A stretch of DNA of 64,000 bases. Origin: Phallusia mammillata. Lineage: Eukaryota. Under the pieces are notes generated by a model. That model was given only the letters and a program-made list of their open reading frames with translations, was not told the DNA's origin and ran no database searches. This document shows, in pieces, positions 61,475 to 64,000 of the stretch (position 1 is its first letter; each line of letters opens with the position of its first letter). Made by a program: the position numbers and the translations under genes. The DNA lies in contig OZ281498.1 in NCBI GenBank assembly GCA_965637545.1, positions 2,170,001 through 2,234,000 of the forward strand. Direction: 5' to 3'.

Positions 61475-63570
61475 ATATCTCCAATGATTTTCTGTCTACC
61501 TCAAACTTACAAAAAGTTTCTCAATTCTTTATTTTTTTTTCTTTTAATATTAATATTATTATCATTGTTTGTTTTAGTTTCATTATTTTTTGATCAACTG
61601 TTTATTATGTGTTATTTAAATTTTTGCCGCCTTTTTTACTTTTGTTCCAAACAATCGCCAGATGTCGCTGTGCACAATCGTTTTCCCGCCACTTTTATTG
61701 TCGAGTATTGCGTCACGGACCAAAAGCGGTTCTACTGTATGACGTCACAATAGGAAATTGTCACGTAGAAAATGTTTTGCAAAGCAGTATTTTTCGAACA
61801 TTTCTGCCTCAAAATGTCCAAAATTTTGATTCGCATAGTACGTCATAATGAAATATTGCTGACGTAACAGAACAACATTGTTTAAATATTTAAGTTGTAT
61901 TCGTTTAGCATTGTGCCTACGCGTTTCAGTATAGTCTTCGTTTTACTGTTTGTTAAACGGGCGATAACGCGAAAACATAACTTGTCTTGTGATTGTCTTC
62001 AGCGCCGGAGGTTTATTGTTTTGTCACAACTTGCCACGAATGAACCAAGCCCAATTGGACATAATACCTGATTTCGGATTTTGGACACCTAATCTTTGCT
62101 CTTCGACAATAACTACAAAAAAATAGAATCCATAGTTACCATAAAAAAGCAAAAACGACGTTTTTCTGTCTTATGGTCCCCACTGCCCCCCGAACAAACT
62201 TTCGAACCAGTAGAAAACCCGAATTCCTCATAACTTCTCCTCCTTGCCATGTTGCCAGTCGTGCCAAGCTGTCTGTTGCCTGCCAAAAGTGCTTCGTATG
62301 TTTACGCAACCGTACACGTTTGAATCCAACCACCCAGTCCTTGTAATGGTACTCAACTTAAACGTTTGAAGCTGGTTCGCGGGAGAGCTTTGCGCAGTAT
62401 AACGTAAAGTAAATAAAGCTATAAAATAGTACATTTACGGATCCAATAGAATATTTTAGGTGATTTATTGTCATGTTTCGCTTTGCTTCATAAACATAAT
62501 CTACTTCATTTCAAGTAAAGGGAAATAAATTCTTCGATATTGTCATGCGATTTTTTGAAAACTAATTTTCTCGGTTGATTTAAGGAATCTTGTTGGGAAC
62601 ACCCGTTTTAGAAGTTTAGGTTGAAAAAGATTCCGGCCATTTTTACGGTTTAATCCGTATTTTTTTCCTCCCGACCGTTCGCGTTGTTAATCAGCATAAG
62701 TGTCCCGCCCACCTCACACCCCTCGCCACTTTCCTATCTCTCGGTTCTTATTTGCCAGTCGATACACCGGCTTTTTACCGTGCGCTCATTCGCTTGTTAC
62801 ATATACATATATATCGTTTATTAAGGGCAGGTCCCCTCGCTCATCCGATGATGCGCTGTTCCATGTTGCTCGCCTTACTCCCTGTTTGACTGTTTTTGCC
62901 TCCCTTATTACGTCACAAAGCCTATACGGCCCAAGCACACTTTGGACAATTAGAAAAAACTGCCACATTATGATGTAGAATTGTGACAACATAAAAGTAA
63001 TTTTTATGACGAAACAACTAAAGGCGAAACGAAAGTTTGTTTAAAAGAAGCGAACTGTGGCTGTGACGTATTCTGGGCGAATTTTGTTTGTTAATTTATT
63101 TATCGCCATTTGAAGTTTCTGTGAAGATTATTGCACATCTTTATGTCGATTTGTAATAAAGAAAACAAACCCGTAATTGCTTTTTGCTTCTCAGCACAGT
63201 TTACAGCTTCAAAATGCCAGTAGTGTTATGGCAGTGAGGCTGCAGGTGTGCTCATTACAGTGTTGCGCCAAATCGTGTTCAAATTGACAAAACGGTTTGC
63301 GACGAATTAACAAAAATACCATATCTTCGACTTTTGCATGGGATTTAAACCCATGAACTTTGGGAGAACGAACCCCGGTCAGGTTTTAAACATCTCTATG
63401 TAGGACAGTCATCTTGGATTATTCTGTCCAGTATCTTGCCCAAACAACATGCTTTCGCAATCAAGAATGATACGTAAGAACCAAGCTCTGGAAATGTACA
63501 AAAAAACAAACAAAGAACGGACCAAAAAATTAATTCAAATTCAGGTTTTGATATGAGTTTAAAACAGTTG

Positions 63571-64000
63571 GGAGGTTCGGCAGCAGGCAGAAACCGGTCC
63601 CAACCGGTTTGAAACTGGAATATTCCCGCGAAAACCCACCGAAAACCGGATTTTTCTTCGATTTTTTGACCCCCCAAAATCGAAAAAACGGAAAGGCTAT
63701 AGCCTTAGGTTTTTTTCAAAAATCGGGTCAAAATTTTCGATTTTGAAAACCGGTTTGGAGGTTCGGTAAGAGACAGAAACCGGCTAAACCAGTTTGAAAC
63801 TGGAGTATTCCGGCGAAACCCCACCGAAAACCGGATTTTTCTTTAATTTTTTGACCACCCAAAATCGAAAAAACGGAAAGGATCTCAGGATTTTTTCGAA
63901 AATCGGGTCAAAATTTTCGATTTTGAAAACCGGTTTGGAGGTTCGGTAGGAGGCAGAAACCGGTCATAACCGGTTTGAAACTGGAATATTCCGGCGAAAA
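63571..64000. repeat. Tandem satellite-like repeat, 180-186 bp unit, running off the window edge
   Basis: GGAGGTTCGG anchors at 63571, 63757 and 63937; lines starting 63721 and 63901 are identical for 46 nt. Confidence 0.9.

Noticed and set aside
62136-62434. Short minus-strand ORFs, including a signal-peptide-like MYYFIALFTL start and an ATG in good context (MARRRSYEEF)
   Set aside because: All under 70 aa, no homology I recognise, and continuation would run antisense into the ADAMTS 3' end with no matching exons.

Overview
Eukaryotic, AT-rich, intron-containing DNA. It is probably an ascidian or other invertebrate chordate; this is an inference from gene structure and the very high TGACGTCA density. 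One large + strand gene fills most of the window (12940-61313). It is an ADAMTS9/ADAMTS20/GON-1-type secreted metalloprotease that I assembled by hand from 40 coding exons. All introns are GT-AG and the phases are consistent: 6759 nt, 2252 aa plus stop. Domain order: signal peptide, a long (~414 aa) furin-cleaved prepro region, reprolysin catalytic domain (HEIGHEFNAPHD), disintegrin-like, TSR1, Cys-rich, spacer, 14 further TSRs interrupted by two Thr-rich mucin-like linkers, and a C-terminal GON domain. The most striking observation is a 51-nt in-frame candidate exon (40651-40701) in the intron that splits the zinc-binding motif. It encodes a second version of the third-zinc-ligand segment ([11 protein letters not shown] versus [11 protein letters not shown]), so splicing could switch the active-site loop. 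The rest of the window holds hAT-type MITEs with TIRs/TSDs, a dispersed 70-bp minisatellite family, a ~180-bp tandem satellite at the right edge, and many CRE, X-box and E-box motifs, several inside exons. I could not support another protein-coding gene, an RNA gene or any prokaryotic feature. All coordinates were counted by hand and no searches were run.
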